From the IMG/VR virus record IMGVR_UViG_3300000439_000006: a stretch of DNA of 64,000 nt; one strand, given 5' to 3'. The notes beneath the pieces were generated by a model that saw nothing but the letters and a program-made list of their open reading frames with translations, had not been told where the DNA came from and searched no databases. The DNA comes from a virus (Duplodnaviria; Heunggongvirae; Uroviricota; Caudoviricetes). Position numbers and translations under genes: made by a program. Positions 34,839-45,810 of this stretch are shown piece by piece (the first letter of the stretch is position 1; each line of letters opens with the position of its first letter).

Positions 34839-36833
34839 ATGTCAAATACTTTAACTATACACTTTCCCACTACATCCCCCACCCCTGTAAATGGGTATCA
34901 GATTAGCTATTGGCCTACATCCAACCCAAGTAACATACAAACTGTTACAGTGTTTAGTAGTCCAGCTATTATAACAGGTTTAACAGAATATGAGTATGCC
35001 GGATCTGTAAAGGCTTTATGTAGAGGAGATTTTTCATCTAACACATTAACAATCCCAACTTCTAACCCAGTTTGTCAACTAGTAGCTACAGTATCTAATG
35101 TTGTACTTCCTAGTAATACAGATGGAACAAATGGTCAGGCTGATATAAGTGTTAGTGGTGGATCTGGTGGTTATTCAATAGTTTGGGCTAATACAGGAGA
35201 CATTGATTTTAGTATTACAAATCTAACTGTAGGAGATAATCCGTTTACAGTGACTGATAATAACACAGACTGTTATGTTACAGGTAATGTACATATGTCA
35301 CATACAACATTTGTATGTCCACTTGTTTTAACAATAGAACAAACAGCGCCTACTAACTCAACAGGTAGTAATGGTACAGCCACTGTAGTTTTTGATGTAC
35401 CTGGAACTGGAACTGTAACATATCTTTGGACAAATGGACAAACTACAGCTACAGCTACAGGTTTATATACTGGAGTGGTTTATACATGCACTGTTACTTG
35501 GACTGATTCAGGAACAGGTAATCATTGTGTAGAATACATAAGTACAACACCAATAGCTCCATCAACATTCGTTTGTAACTTGTCAGCAACATTCACTACA
35601 ACAGCTTCTTGTATATCAACAGCCACTGGTACAGCAACAATCACTGTTGCTGGTGGAACTGGTCCTTGGAAATACTCATGGAGTAATGGACAAATTACAA
35701 CAACATCTTCTAGTAGTAATACAGCTACCGGACTAGTTGCTGGAGCTACATACAGTTGTTTTGTTACTGATCTTGCTAATACAGTGGTACCATGTTCTAA
35801 ATCATTTACTGTAACAATACCAACTATTACTTGTAACTTAATTACAGATAGTGGTGGATTTACAACGACTCCTGATAATGTAGCTGGAAATAATGGTACA
35901 GCTACTATGCCAGTTATAAGACGTGCTGTGGCTCCAGTAACATATTCTTGGAACACAGTTCCAACTCAAACAACTCAAACAGCTACAGGACTATTAGAAA
36001 ATACCACATATATATGTGTAGCCACCGATGCCCGAGGATGTACTATAAGTTTTGACTTTGAAATACCTGCGGGAACATGTACTGAGTCAGCTTGTCAAAC
36101 AAATTGTTGTACATATCTTTTAGAAAACACAGCTCAAGATACTGGGTTTACATATTATGATTGTGAAGGATCTTATCATAACGCAGAAAGTTATAATGCT
36201 TTATCAGCTACTTTTTGTTCTAATAAAGACTATGGGGCTATAACTCCTACAGCTCCATCTCATTGGTGGACACTAACACTGTTAGGATGTTGTACATCTC
36301 CTTGTGTAAACTTCACATTATATCCAAGTACATTCCCTTATTCATCTACAACCTTTAGATATTTACCATGTTATAGTGATACAGTGACAACATTAACTCT
36401 TGTAGCTGGTGATGAACCAGTCACTATATGTGTTAATATGAAATATGGGGTGAGAAAAGTTACTGGTGATGGATCTTATATTATGGGAAATAGTTGTATA
36501 CCAGATCAAGGTGGTGTTGTTATAGAACATATATTCAACTCTAACAGTTTAGTAGTTAATCAAATTACTGGTATATACGGGTTTACAATACTCAATCCTG
36601 TTACATTTGGTAACACTTATACAGGATCTCATCCATTTGGTTTAACATCTGGATCTATCACTATCAATGTTTCTGGTTACGCTCATGGTGACACAGTAAC
36701 TATTTATAGAAATGGGAACCCTTCAGATATAGTTTTTCCTGAAACAGCTTTGATAAATGGTGATAATATTTTTACAGGTATTACATATGACGCTACAGAT
36801 AATCTGTTCTTCATATTTCAAAATAATTTATAA
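34839..36833 (+). CDS. Cys/Thr-rich protein with N-terminal Fn3-like domain and SprB-like repeats
   Basis: About four GxAxxxxxGGxGxxxxxWxN...ATGLxxGxxYxCxxTD repeats. Confidence 0.7.
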   Translation: MSNTLTIHFPTTSPTPVNGYQISYWPTSNPSNIQTVTVFSSPAIITGLTEYEYAGSVKALCRGDFSSNTLTIPTSNPVCQLVATVSNVVLPSNTDGTNGQADISVSGGSGGYSIVWANTGDIDFSITNLTVGDNPFTVTDNNTDCYVTGNVHMSHTTFVCPLVLTIEQTAPTNSTGSNGTATVVFDVPGTGTVTYLWTNGQTTATATGLYTGVVYTCTVTWTDSGTGNHCVEYISTTPIAPSTFVCNLSATFTTTASCISTATGTATITVAGGTGPWKYSWSNGQITTTSSSSNTATGLVAGATYSCFVTDLANTVVPCSKSFTVTIPTITCNLITDSGGFTTTPDNVAGNNGTATMPVIRRAVAPVTYSWNTVPTQTTQTATGLLENTTYICVATDARGCTISFDFEIPAGTCTESACQTNCCTYLLENTAQDTGFTYYDCEGSYHNAESYNALSATFCSNKDYGAITPTAPSHWWTLTLLGCCTSPCVNFTLYPSTFPYSSTTFRYLPCYSDTVTTLTLVAGDEPVTICVNMKYGVRKVTGDGSYIMGNSCIPDQGGVVIEHIFNSNSLVVNQITGIYGFTILNPVTFGNTYTGSHPFGLTSGSITINVSGYAHGDTVTIYRNGNPSDIVFPETALINGDNIFTGITYDATDNLFFIFQNNL

Positions 36834-36873
36834 AAGAGTCAGCGGTTTTGTTGGTTTCCGCATCGACACAAAC

Positions 36874-36908
36874 AGTTCTCCTATTTCTATAGGAGAACTT
36901 ATTTTTTT
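36874..36908 (+). terminator. Intrinsic terminator
   Basis: AGTTCTCCTAT-TTCT-ATAGGAGAACT then TATTTTTTT. Confidence 0.85.
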
Positions 36909-36976
36909 AATATTAACATAGATTTATAAAAAAACCTATATCTTTACATACCGTATATATAACTAAAACAACATAT

Positions 36977-38296
36977 ATGAATCTAATCAATCAGGTTTAC
37001 GGGTCGATAAAATGGAAAAAGACAGATGCTTACTGCGCTGCTAAGTTAGGAATCTCTTTAGATAAATACCAGGAAATCCGTGAACAGATAGAACAGACTA
37101 AAGCTCTGTTACAAGACGAAGTGGATAACAACCTAGTCGAGATGTGTGGGAAACGCATGCTTGGTGTGATGGATGATGAAGCTATAAAAGATCAATATAT
37201 CTCACAGCTTGAAGATCATGTTGTTGATCTCACCAATAAGCTAACAAGTAAACGAATAGAGTTTGAAGAAAACCTAGATCTTGGTACCGGAAAGATAAAG
37301 GTGTTGGCTAGTAATGAACCAAAGTCTCCTGAAGAAGTGGAAGAACTTCTGAAGATCAAAGACTCCAAGAAGTGGAAACTATCCAACTATTACAATAAAC
37401 AACAACCTAATGGGTTGTGGCTTATCACTGGATTTGTAACCCAGCGTCAGCTTTCTACCAAAGAACTCTTGGAAGAAACTCTGAAAAACTTTAAACCAGT
37501 ACACATTCCTACACCAAAGGTGAAACCGTCAGCTTTTATAAGTCCGGTGATTGGTGTTATATCTTCTCAAGACTTACACATAGGTAAAGAAGGAAATGAC
37601 TCGGCCGTGGATAGATTTAAAAGATCCCTAGAAGAGCTAATGTATAAGACACACGCGTCTCATAACTTAGACAGTCTTGTATTTGTATTAGGAGGTGACC
37701 TATTAAACATGGATACGTTTAACGGAACCACCACACAGGGCACACCTGTATCTAATAGTACCACCGCTCAACATGCATATGATATAGCTTTTGATACTAT
37801 GTATTGGGCTATAGGTTTTATGAGTGGGTTTACAAAGGATCTAAAAATAGTATACTTACCGGGAAACCATGATAGACTAAGCTCATATCACCTGGCCCAC
37901 GCGTTATCCAAATGCTTTATGTCCGATAAGAGTATATCTTTCATAGCTGATTACAGTGAGAGAAAAGTGATAACCTACGGAATAAACTTCCTAGCATTTG
38001 AACATGGTGATGTAAAAACCAAAAACCCAGCGCTGTTATACGCTACTGAGTTCCATAAGGAATGGGGAGCGACAACCAACCGTGTATGTTTTACAGGTCA
38101 CTGGCATACTAAGAAAACAGTGGAATACATCACTGAGAATGAACAACATGGCTTTACACTTAAACATCTTCCTAGTCTTTGTTCTTCTGACTACTGGCAC
38201 TATCATATGAAGTTTACTGGATCAAAGCGTCAGATGATTATAGAACTGTACGATCGATACACAGGAAAGGCTGGTGAGTTCACTGTTAATAGTTAA
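36977..38296 (+). CDS. Calcineurin-like metallophosphoesterase (Mre11/SbcD-like)
   Basis: DLHIG, GGDLLN, PGNHD, EHGD, GHWH motifs in order. Confidence 0.88.
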   Translation: MNLINQVYGSIKWKKTDAYCAAKLGISLDKYQEIREQIEQTKALLQDEVDNNLVEMCGKRMLGVMDDEAIKDQYISQLEDHVVDLTNKLTSKRIEFEENLDLGTGKIKVLASNEPKSPEEVEELLKIKDSKKWKLSNYYNKQQPNGLWLITGFVTQRQLSTKELLEETLKNFKPVHIPTPKVKPSAFISPVIGVISSQDLHIGKEGNDSAVDRFKRSLEELMYKTHASHNLDSLVFVLGGDLLNMDTFNGTTTQGTPVSNSTTAQHAYDIAFDTMYWAIGFMSGFTKDLKIVYLPGNHDRLSSYHLAHALSKCFMSDKSISFIADYSERKVITYGINFLAFEHGDVKTKNPALLYATEFHKEWGATTNRVCFTGHWHTKKTVEYITENEQHGFTLKHLPSLCSSDYWHYHMKFTGSKRQMIIELYDRYTGKAGEFTVNS

Positions 38297-38357
38297 ACCT
38301 CCCAAGTTTAGTTTTAATATCACCTAAGTTTTACGTACATTATAATATAGAAGTGTC

Positions 38358-38945
38358 TTGAAAAAAGTATTTAAGAATCCAGATTTGAACGCTCCAAGGT
38401 ATCGACCTACAAAGCTTAATCTATCTAATATAAAGACTTATGAAGCGTTCATACAAGAGAACCCTAAGCATAAAGATTTAACATTAGAACAGTTTAAGAA
38501 GATTATATCCACCTTTAACGGAAACATCTGGAAGAACGTTATACAATCTAGAGACGGAATAGAGCTTCCTGAACAGCTTGGGTTTATATTTGTTGGGACA
38601 TGTCCTAAAAGAAAAAAGGTGAATATAAACTACAATAAGTCAAAGCAGCTTGGTGTTCCGGTACAGTTTCAAAACTGGGAGAGCGACAGTTATACAGCAA
38701 AGATCTTTTACACCAACTTTGAAACAAAGTATAGGTTTAAGAACAATGATCTTTGGGGATTTGAAGGGGTGAGAAACTTTAGAAGAAACGTAGCTCATGA
38801 ATACCCAACCCTTTGGAAACAATATATGATTGTCGATGACCTAGTTAGAATCAGTAAAATCTTTAGAAAAAGCGTTGCTAAAGATCTTAGAGAAAAAGAA
38901 ACTATTGACCTTCTAAAAGATTACGATGAATTTAACTTAACATAA
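38358..38945 (+). CDS. HU/IHF-like protein (crAss type)
   Basis: TTG start; helix pair followed by GIELPEQLGFIFVG beta arm. Confidence 0.5.
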   Translation: MKKVFKNPDLNAPRYRPTKLNLSNIKTYEAFIQENPKHKDLTLEQFKKIISTFNGNIWKNVIQSRDGIELPEQLGFIFVGTCPKRKKVNINYNKSKQLGVPVQFQNWESDSYTAKIFYTNFETKYRFKNNDLWGFEGVRNFRRNVAHEYPTLWKQYMIVDDLVRISKIFRKSVAKDLREKETIDLLKDYDEFNLT

Positions 38946-38946
38946 A

Positions 38947-39621
38947 ATGCCAAAAAGTCTAATAGGTGATGTCTTATCCAGAATACGTTCACAAGTAAAA
39001 GCTGTCAAAACAGATAGTCTTCTTACCGACCGTGTTATATATTCCTTTGTTTTAAAACACGCTAAGTTTCTATTAAGACGTGAAGATGCCAAGAACAAGA
39101 TTATGTCTATGACATCTGTTGTTCAGGCACTCCCTGTTGTAGAACTTGAAGAGGTGGATAAAGTGGAAGCATGCTGTGTTGGTATATCATCCAATTGTAA
39201 AATAAAAAGAACCAAAGATAAACTCCCTACATTCCTAGAGGGATACTATGGGCCCTTAATCAGAACAGTGATGTCTGTAGATGGATCTGAAGAACTTCAA
39301 CCCACCCTTCCTAGTTCTTACTTAGTAATGGCTGGTAGTAAAAACTTTAGATTCAACAAAACCAAATACTTTTGGTTTATGAATGACTATATATACTTCC
39401 CAAATCTTGAATGGGATACTGTTCGTATAGAAGGGATCTTTGAAGAAGATATAAGTGCTTTCACTTGTGAACCTGATCATTGTATAGATAAAATAGCTCA
39501 ACCCTTTAACGTACCCGATTATCTTTATAGTGAACTTGAAACTAATGTTGTAAAAGACTTATTAGGTCTTTATAACATGCCAGCTGATCACATGATAGAT
39601 AAAGAAAACCCTTCTAGATAA
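38947..39621 (+). CDS. Tail ring/adaptor protein
   Basis: 224 aa; YIY...N..W..VRIEGIFEE; position before the muzzle gene. Confidence 0.6.
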   Translation: MPKSLIGDVLSRIRSQVKAVKTDSLLTDRVIYSFVLKHAKFLLRREDAKNKIMSMTSVVQALPVVELEEVDKVEACCVGISSNCKIKRTKDKLPTFLEGYYGPLIRTVMSVDGSEELQPTLPSSYLVMAGSKNFRFNKTKYFWFMNDYIYFPNLEWDTVRIEGIFEEDISAFTCEPDHCIDKIAQPFNVPDYLYSELETNVVKDLLGLYNMPADHMIDKENPSR

Positions 39622-40535
39622 TGAATACACAACTTTTATACAGAACCTTTGACCAGCTCTTGAATGAGGTGGCTACAGACTTTAGAGCTTATAACAACGA
39701 GGGTATGATTGAACCTGGGCAACTTATTAAGGTTGCTCAACGTGTTTCATATGACCTTGGACTTAGAATACACGGAACAAAAGAAAAGCTTCTTGATATA
39801 GATCACTGTAAGATAAAACTTCCAGATGATTTCTATACACTAAATTACGCTTTATTGTGTGGTAAACATCGTGTAGAAGAAGAAGTGATGCAGGGACGTC
39901 ACACTGAAAACATTGTAACAGGAAAACGTAATGTGTTTCTTAATGATCAGTTATGTCAGAAGTGTGGGTATGAAGATGCTCATTGTGCATGTGACTCAAC
40001 ATATAGTGTTAAGTGTGAAACTGGTGAGCGCATATTCGTACAGGTTGTAGAGAAGAAAAAGTTTGAAACAAAAGTGTATGAACAGTTTGAACGTATACAC
40101 ATCTCTACAGATACAGGAAGACAAGATGCATTAGATGATAAAGGAACTGGTAGACTTGGTTACATTAAGAACGGATTCATATACACTAACGTAGATGAGG
40201 GTAAAGTATTTTTATCTTATCAGGGCGCGTTAGAAGATGATAAAGGCAACTTATTAGTGTTAGATCATCCGATGATTAATGAGTATTACGAATATGCCAT
40301 CAAACAGCGTATTCTAGAGAACCTTTATATAGAAGGTGAAGAAGTAGTTCAGAAGTTACAAATGATTGAAGGTAAGCTTAAACAAGCTCGTAACTACGCA
40401 TTAACTATTGTCAACACACCAGACTTTGCTGAGATGTACAAACTATGGCAGATTAACCGTAAAGCTCAGTACAACAAGTATTATGACATGTTTAAAAACA
40501 TCGATGTACCAGTGCTGGCTTTACCTAAACGATAA
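39621..40535 (+). CDS. Tail ring/tube protein
   Basis: 304 aa; IKNG.IYTN...G.V.LSY.G...D..G..LV.DHP. Confidence 0.6.
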   Translation: MNTQLLYRTFDQLLNEVATDFRAYNNEGMIEPGQLIKVAQRVSYDLGLRIHGTKEKLLDIDHCKIKLPDDFYTLNYALLCGKHRVEEEVMQGRHTENIVTGKRNVFLNDQLCQKCGYEDAHCACDSTYSVKCETGERIFVQVVEKKKFETKVYEQFERIHISTDTGRQDALDDKGTGRLGYIKNGFIYTNVDEGKVFLSYQGALEDDKGNLLVLDHPMINEYYEYAIKQRILENLYIEGEEVVQKLQMIEGKLKQARNYALTIVNTPDFAEMYKLWQINRKAQYNKYYDMFKNIDVPVLALPKR

Positions 40536-40539
40536 AAAC

Positions 40540-40902
40540 ATGAGAGAAAGTTTTATGATAAAACTTCCTACTTATGCGTGTGACGTTCAGGTTATAATAT
40601 GTGATGGTGATATACGAAAAGAGATAAACAAGGTTTATAAAAAACATAAACACAAAGAGCTTTATCAAGACCATGTGGCTGGGTTAACTCTTAGTTTTAG
40701 TATGAATAAATACTATGTCTTCTATCATATAGATCATTTCTCTCACAACACAATAGCTCACGAACTCTATCATGTAACTAGAAGTTTAACTGAAGAGAGA
40801 GATGTAAAAGAAGAAGAAGCTCAGGCCTGGCTTATTGGATATCTAACAGAAGAGGTCTATAAACAAAGTGAAAAGAAAAAGATAAATATAAAACATGGCT
40901 GA
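40540..40902 (+). CDS. Small zincin-like metallopeptidase
   Basis: IAHELYHVT (HExxH) followed by EEAQAWLIGY; in-frame ATG at 40540. Confidence 0.7.
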   Translation: MRESFMIKLPTYACDVQVIICDGDIRKEINKVYKKHKHKELYQDHVAGLTLSFSMNKYYVFYHIDHFSHNTIAHELYHVTRSLTEERDVKEEEAQAWLIGYLTEEVYKQSEKKKINIKHG

Positions 40903-43900
40903 TCAACAACAACAAGCGGGGCCTAGTGGTGTAAACACTTTTGGAAAAGGTATGATTAAAGATCATAATGAAACCTTCCTGGGAGATGGTATGTACACTC
41001 ATGCCAGAAACGCTGTAAACAATTCACATGATGGTCAAATAGGTGTTATAGGAAACGAACCTTCTACATTTAAGTGTGCTGACTTTCCATACACTGTGAT
41101 AGGATCTATATACATCTCTGAAGATAAATGGGTTGTCTTTACAACTAATGATGTTGACTCAGAGATTGGAATTTTTGACGAAAGTCTTTGTGGATCAAAA
41201 GGAGCTTATACCAAGCTTGTAAACTGTCCATGTTTAAACTTTAAACGTTCTCATTTAATCACAGGTGTTTTTCGTAAACGCTATGATTGTGAGCGACTTA
41301 TATACTGGGATGATGGACTTAACCCAACCAGATCTGTTGATATTGATAAACTAGATCCAACATCATCTCTTCCAGATCTTCCATTTACATATACAGAAAA
41401 GATAATAAATGGTTGTGTATTTAAAAGTTATACCGATGTTCTAGACTGTGAACAAATACGAATAGTTCCACACTTAACCCATCCTTGTGTAACACTAACT
41501 AAAGGAGTGAGCGCTGGATCTCTTCCTAATGGATCTTACCAAGCTTGTTTAGCTTATACAGTTAACCAAGTTAGAGTTACAGATCTTATAGGACTATCTG
41601 AAGTACAAAGTGTATTCACTCATGAAAACACATCATCAAGTTTGAAAATAACCATAGATAGTATGGATACAATATTTGATGAGTTTGAGCTTGTTCTTAT
41701 AGGAAACTTTAATCAACAAACAGTTGCTAAAAGTCTTGGTTTCTATTCAACAAGTCAAGGAACTATATCTGTAGATAGGTTTGATAACGAATATGTAAAT
41801 GTACCTATCAGTGAGGTGGTACTTCGTACAGAACCTATAGAGAAATCAGATAGTATGGTGAGTATAAACGACTATCTATTAAGACTTGGTGTCTACAGTA
41901 AGTATAAGTTTAACTATCAACTACAAGCAAATAACATAGTTACTAAGTGGGTGGCGGTAAGATATTCTGGAGACTATTATGTAAAAGGTGGTCATAACAC
42001 TGGATACATGAGAGATGAGCAATATGCTTTCTTTATAAGATGGGTGTATAACACAGGAGAGTTTAGTGAAAGCTATCATATTCCTGGTAGAGCTGCATTG
42101 GCTGGAGAAAACGATGATTCATATTCAACAGATGCTTTTGAAACTGTTGATGGTGTTAAGATGAAAACATGGCAAGTGGAAAACACTGCTCGTGTAACAT
42201 CAAGTACACAATCAACACTTCCTGATGGTGGTCTTGTAATCGCTAAGGGACTAATGGGTTACTGGGAATCTACAGAAAACTATCCAGGAGATCGTCCTGA
42301 TATATGGGGAGATCTTTGTGGTCAATCTATAAGACATCATAAGATGCCTGATGTAACAGTGAACAATGTTGTTAATCATTTTGGTCCTGTAGGTGATATA
42401 ACAATACTTGGTGTACAGTTTGAAGGTATAACACATCCTGTGGATATAGACGGAAATCCTATAGAAAGCATAGTGGGATATGAAATATTACGTGGAAGTA
42501 GAGAAGGTAATAAAACTATTGTAGGAAAAGGTCTTTTAAACAATATGAGAGAATACCCTATTCCTGGTAATCCTAATGTTAAAGGACTGATGCAAAACTA
42601 TCCTTATAACGATCTTAGAGCTGATTCATATCTTACAACCCAAGAACAAACAGGATATAATGGAACAGGAGATCCTCAGAGTAGTAAGATGGTTGGATAT
42701 AGAAAAGATATGTTTAGTTTTCATAGTCCAGAAGTTACATTTAGTAACCCCTACCTAAGTCTTAGTGAACTTAAAATATATCAAGAACTTACAGGTGAAT
42801 CCATAGGATCATTCACCACTCCATATAAGCATCCTAAGTTTAAAGTGTTAACAGATGCCGACACTGTCATAGCTGATATAGTTGGTGTCATCTCAGCTGT
42901 TAATATTTTTTCGAGAGGTATAGACATTGGACCAACCACTGACAATCCTGTAGGTATGAAGGTGGGGCCTCTTCCTCCAGTTCCTTATTGGCAGGATGTA
43001 GTAGGTACGGGTAGCAACACATCTCCCGCTTCTACTATCGCAAATATAGCTACAGCAACGGTACAAACAGTAGATTGGATAGCGGAAGCTGCTTCAATAT
43101 TAGCTTTTATGACATCATTTGCTGAGTTAGAGAAAGAGAAGTTTCTTTCTCTTATGATGATGTTGATTCCTAAAGGTCAGTTTGCAGCTCAATACACAAG
43201 TCATGGATTATATACAGATTCTGTACCTAACGTAGAAGGAAATATTCGTAAGAAGATATTAGATGCTTCTTACGTAGGAAATGGCGTACAACAGTTTGGA
43301 ACAACACATCAGGTGAATAATCTTAATAGAAGTAGAGTTGTGGTTTTACAAACGGGTACAGATGTTAATGATCCAACAACTCAAGATACTAGTAGATATA
43401 CAATGGGGGATGTTAATACAGAACTTAATACAAAAACCACTGGGTATATATCTTCTTATTATGGTGCGATAAAGACATCTCTTCCTTCTCAATATGGACA
43501 GATAGAAAGTATTAAACAACTTCCTATTAGTACATGTATACAACCAACTACAACTGCTTTAGGTAAGACATCTACATCAAGTGTAATGTTTGGTGGAGAT
43601 ATCTACATAAACAGATTCACTGAAAAGAATACAATGTTCTTTTTCCAAAACTGGCTTATGGGTGAACCAGATGAGATAGAGTATGACTACACATTATATA
43701 CTAACGTACCATATCCAAGATTCTGGCTTAATAGTATTGAACAAAAACGTTCTCTTCTTGCGACATCTTCAGACTATCGTGTATTAGATAAAAAAGAATC
43801 TAAAACAACGTATATAAAGAAAGGATACTTCTATCTATTTAACTCAGGAGTGAGAGACTTTTATGTAGAGAGTGAAGTGAATCTTGGATATAGAGACTGG

Positions 43901-45511
43901 GAAGATGATGTTGCCAAACGTCACTATGACCCTGATCGTTATACAGATCTTGTTAGTTTGTTTAGAAGTGATATAATCAGATCTGGAAACTACTATAAGT
44001 ATGACTATAGTCTTAGTATAGCTAAGCTTTTTAATAGTTCAATATCTTGGGGAAATGTTCTTCCAAGAGATTACAACCCGACCACTGCAGCCACATGTTA
44101 TGTCTACAGACCAAACAGAGTGATCTATTCTCTTCCACAAAGTGATCAGAGTAAACAAGATGCTTGGAGAATGTTCTTAGCTAACAATTTTAAAGACTTT
44201 AGAAGTAAAGTGACATCTATAAAACAAATTCATAAAACAGGAGCGCTGTTTATGATGAAATATATGAGTCCTCTTATGTTTGTTGGTACTGAAGAACTAA
44301 AGCTTGATGGAACAAATACAGCTGTTACTATCGGTAACGGAGCGTTGTTTGCTGGGGACGCTCATCTTCAGTCTGTATCTACTGCTGAAGAAAGTTATGA
44401 GTATGGATCTAACCAGAGTAAGTTCTCAAGTATTAATACTACTCATGGTGTATTCTGGGTGAGTCAAAACCAAGGAAAGATTTTTGTATACGCTCCTCAT
44501 AAAATGTATTATAACCAGGGAGAAAGTATAGTGGATATCACTGCAGGTGGTATGATGAAGTATTGGTTTTCCAGGTATCTTCCTTCTCAACTACTTAAGG
44601 TGTATCCTGATTATCCTCAATACGATAATCCTATAGTAGGTGTTGGTGTACAAATGAGTTATGATTCTACTAATGAGATAGTGTATGTTTCTAAGAGAGA
44701 CTATAAACCATTAAAGAGTACGTATACATATGATGCTGATGGAAACTTTTATGATGGAGGAAAAATATCTTTAACTGATCCTAAGTATTTTGAAGATGCA
44801 TCTTGGACTGCGTCATATGATCCTAAGTCTAAGATGTGGATCTCTTTCCACGACTGGCATCCTACACTAACTCTTGATGGTAAGAGTCATCTTATATCCA
44901 TAAACTCAGATAGTGCTTGGATGCATAACTTCCGTTGTGATAGTTATTGTAACTTCTATGGAAAAGACTACCCATTTGATATAGAGTTTGTATCATCGAC
45001 CGGTCAGACAGTCACCTCTGTAAGAAACGTAGAATATCTTCTTGAGGCTTATAAGATGCATAATGATTGTAGAGATAAGTTCCATGTACTTGATACAAAC
45101 TTTGACTATGCTATAGTTTATAACTCAGAACAAAACTCAGGACTTTTACATTTTAACTTAGTTAACAGATCCAATCCATTAAACATGTTAGGATATCCAC
45201 AGGTAGGATCTGATCATATTGAGATTAACTATTCCAAAGTGGAACAGAAATATAGGTTTAACCAGTTTTGGGATATAACTAAAGACCGCGGTGAAAATAA
45301 CACATCTGTAGATGTTCCTATGTTCAATACGTCTCCAAATGGATACACTTATGATATAAATCCTACATATGTAGACTATAATAAGTTTGCTCTTGAGCGT
45401 AAAAAGTTCAGACACACAATAAATAAAGTGTTACTAAGAAAGAGTGTATCAGGTAACCAAAAGCTATTGTTTAAAATATCTAACGTTAAAAATCTTAACT
45501 CTCCTCGATAA
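40895..45511 (+). CDS. Tail muzzle/stabilization protein (P22 gp10 / T7 gp12 analogue)
   Basis: 1538 aa; N-terminal F.KGM.KD...Y..A.N..N, C-terminal W.SFHDW.P; synteny. Confidence 0.75.
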   Translation: MADQQQQAGPSGVNTFGKGMIKDHNETFLGDGMYTHARNAVNNSHDGQIGVIGNEPSTFKCADFPYTVIGSIYISEDKWVVFTTNDVDSEIGIFDESLCGSKGAYTKLVNCPCLNFKRSHLITGVFRKRYDCERLIYWDDGLNPTRSVDIDKLDPTSSLPDLPFTYTEKIINGCVFKSYTDVLDCEQIRIVPHLTHPCVTLTKGVSAGSLPNGSYQACLAYTVNQVRVTDLIGLSEVQSVFTHENTSSSLKITIDSMDTIFDEFELVLIGNFNQQTVAKSLGFYSTSQGTISVDRFDNEYVNVPISEVVLRTEPIEKSDSMVSINDYLLRLGVYSKYKFNYQLQANNIVTKWVAVRYSGDYYVKGGHNTGYMRDEQYAFFIRWVYNTGEFSESYHIPGRAALAGENDDSYSTDAFETVDGVKMKTWQVENTARVTSSTQSTLPDGGLVIAKGLMGYWESTENYPGDRPDIWGDLCGQSIRHHKMPDVTVNNVVNHFGPVGDITILGVQFEGITHPVDIDGNPIESIVGYEILRGSREGNKTIVGKGLLNNMREYPIPGNPNVKGLMQNYPYNDLRADSYLTTQEQTGYNGTGDPQSSKMVGYRKDMFSFHSPEVTFSNPYLSLSELKIYQELTGESIGSFTTPYKHPKFKVLTDADTVIADIVGVISAVNIFSRGIDIGPTTDNPVGMKVGPLPPVPYWQDVVGTGSNTSPASTIANIATATVQTVDWIAEAASILAFMTSFAELEKEKFLSLMMMLIPKGQFAAQYTSHGLYTDSVPNVEGNIRKKILDASYVGNGVQQFGTTHQVNNLNRSRVVVLQTGTDVNDPTTQDTSRYTMGDVNTELNTKTTGYISSYYGAIKTSLPSQYGQIESIKQLPISTCIQPTTTALGKTSTSSVMFGGDIYINRFTEKNTMFFFQNWLMGEPDEIEYDYTLYTNVPYPRFWLNSIEQKRSLLATSSDYRVLDKKESKTTYIKKGYFYLFNSGVRDFYVESEVNLGYRDWEDDVAKRHYDPDRYTDLVSLFRSDIIRSGNYYKYDYSLSIAKLFNSSISWGNVLPRDYNPTTAATCYVYRPNRVIYSLPQSDQSKQDAWRMFLANNFKDFRSKVTSIKQIHKTGALFMMKYMSPLMFVGTEELKLDGTNTAVTIGNGALFAGDAHLQSVSTAEESYEYGSNQSKFSSINTTHGVFWVSQNQGKIFVYAPHKMYYNQGESIVDITAGGMMKYWFSRYLPSQLLKVYPDYPQYDNPIVGVGVQMSYDSTNEIVYVSKRDYKPLKSTYTYDADGNFYDGGKISLTDPKYFEDASWTASYDPKSKMWISFHDWHPTLTLDGKSHLISINSDSAWMHNFRCDSYCNFYGKDYPFDIEFVSSTGQTVTSVRNVEYLLEAYKMHNDCRDKFHVLDTNFDYAIVYNSEQNSGLLHFNLVNRSNPLNMLGYPQVGSDHIEINYSKVEQKYRFNQFWDITKDRGENNTSVDVPMFNTSPNGYTYDINPTYVDYNKFALERKKFRHTINKVLLRKSVSGNQKLLFKISNVKNLNSPR

Positions 45512-45810
45512 TGAATAAGCTTCTTCCTTTTTTAAGCAAGTCTTTAGCTCCAAGCTGGCTAGATAAATATGCAGGTGGTGGACGACCTATTATAGATCCA
45601 ATGGGTCAATGGGCCCATCCTGGTGAAGTGACAAGAATACCAAGTCCAAGTATAACAATGAAAGGAGTTGACTATCCTGTGTTAGGGAAAGGAAACAATG
45701 GTAAAGAGATATTAATGCAACCGGGACAAAACTATCACTTTGGTGATGCATCTTATGTAGATGAGTATCCTATAATGCAAAAAGGTGGTTGGTTAGACAA
45801 CTATAATTAG
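45511..45810 (+). CDS. Small internal-virion-type protein
   Basis: I.DP.GQW.HPG..T.IPS..ITMKGV.YPV pattern plus xxxGG motifs. Confidence 0.65.
   Translation: MNKLLPFLSKSLAPSWLDKYAGGGRPIIDPMGQWAHPGEVTRIPSPSITMKGVDYPVLGKGNNGKEILMQPGQNYHFGDASYVDEYPIMQKGGWLDNYN

Noticed and set aside
36939-36946. Host-type promoter before the phosphoesterase gene (TATCTTTA)
   Set aside because: The -7 box has a mismatch and there is no TTTG at the proper spacing
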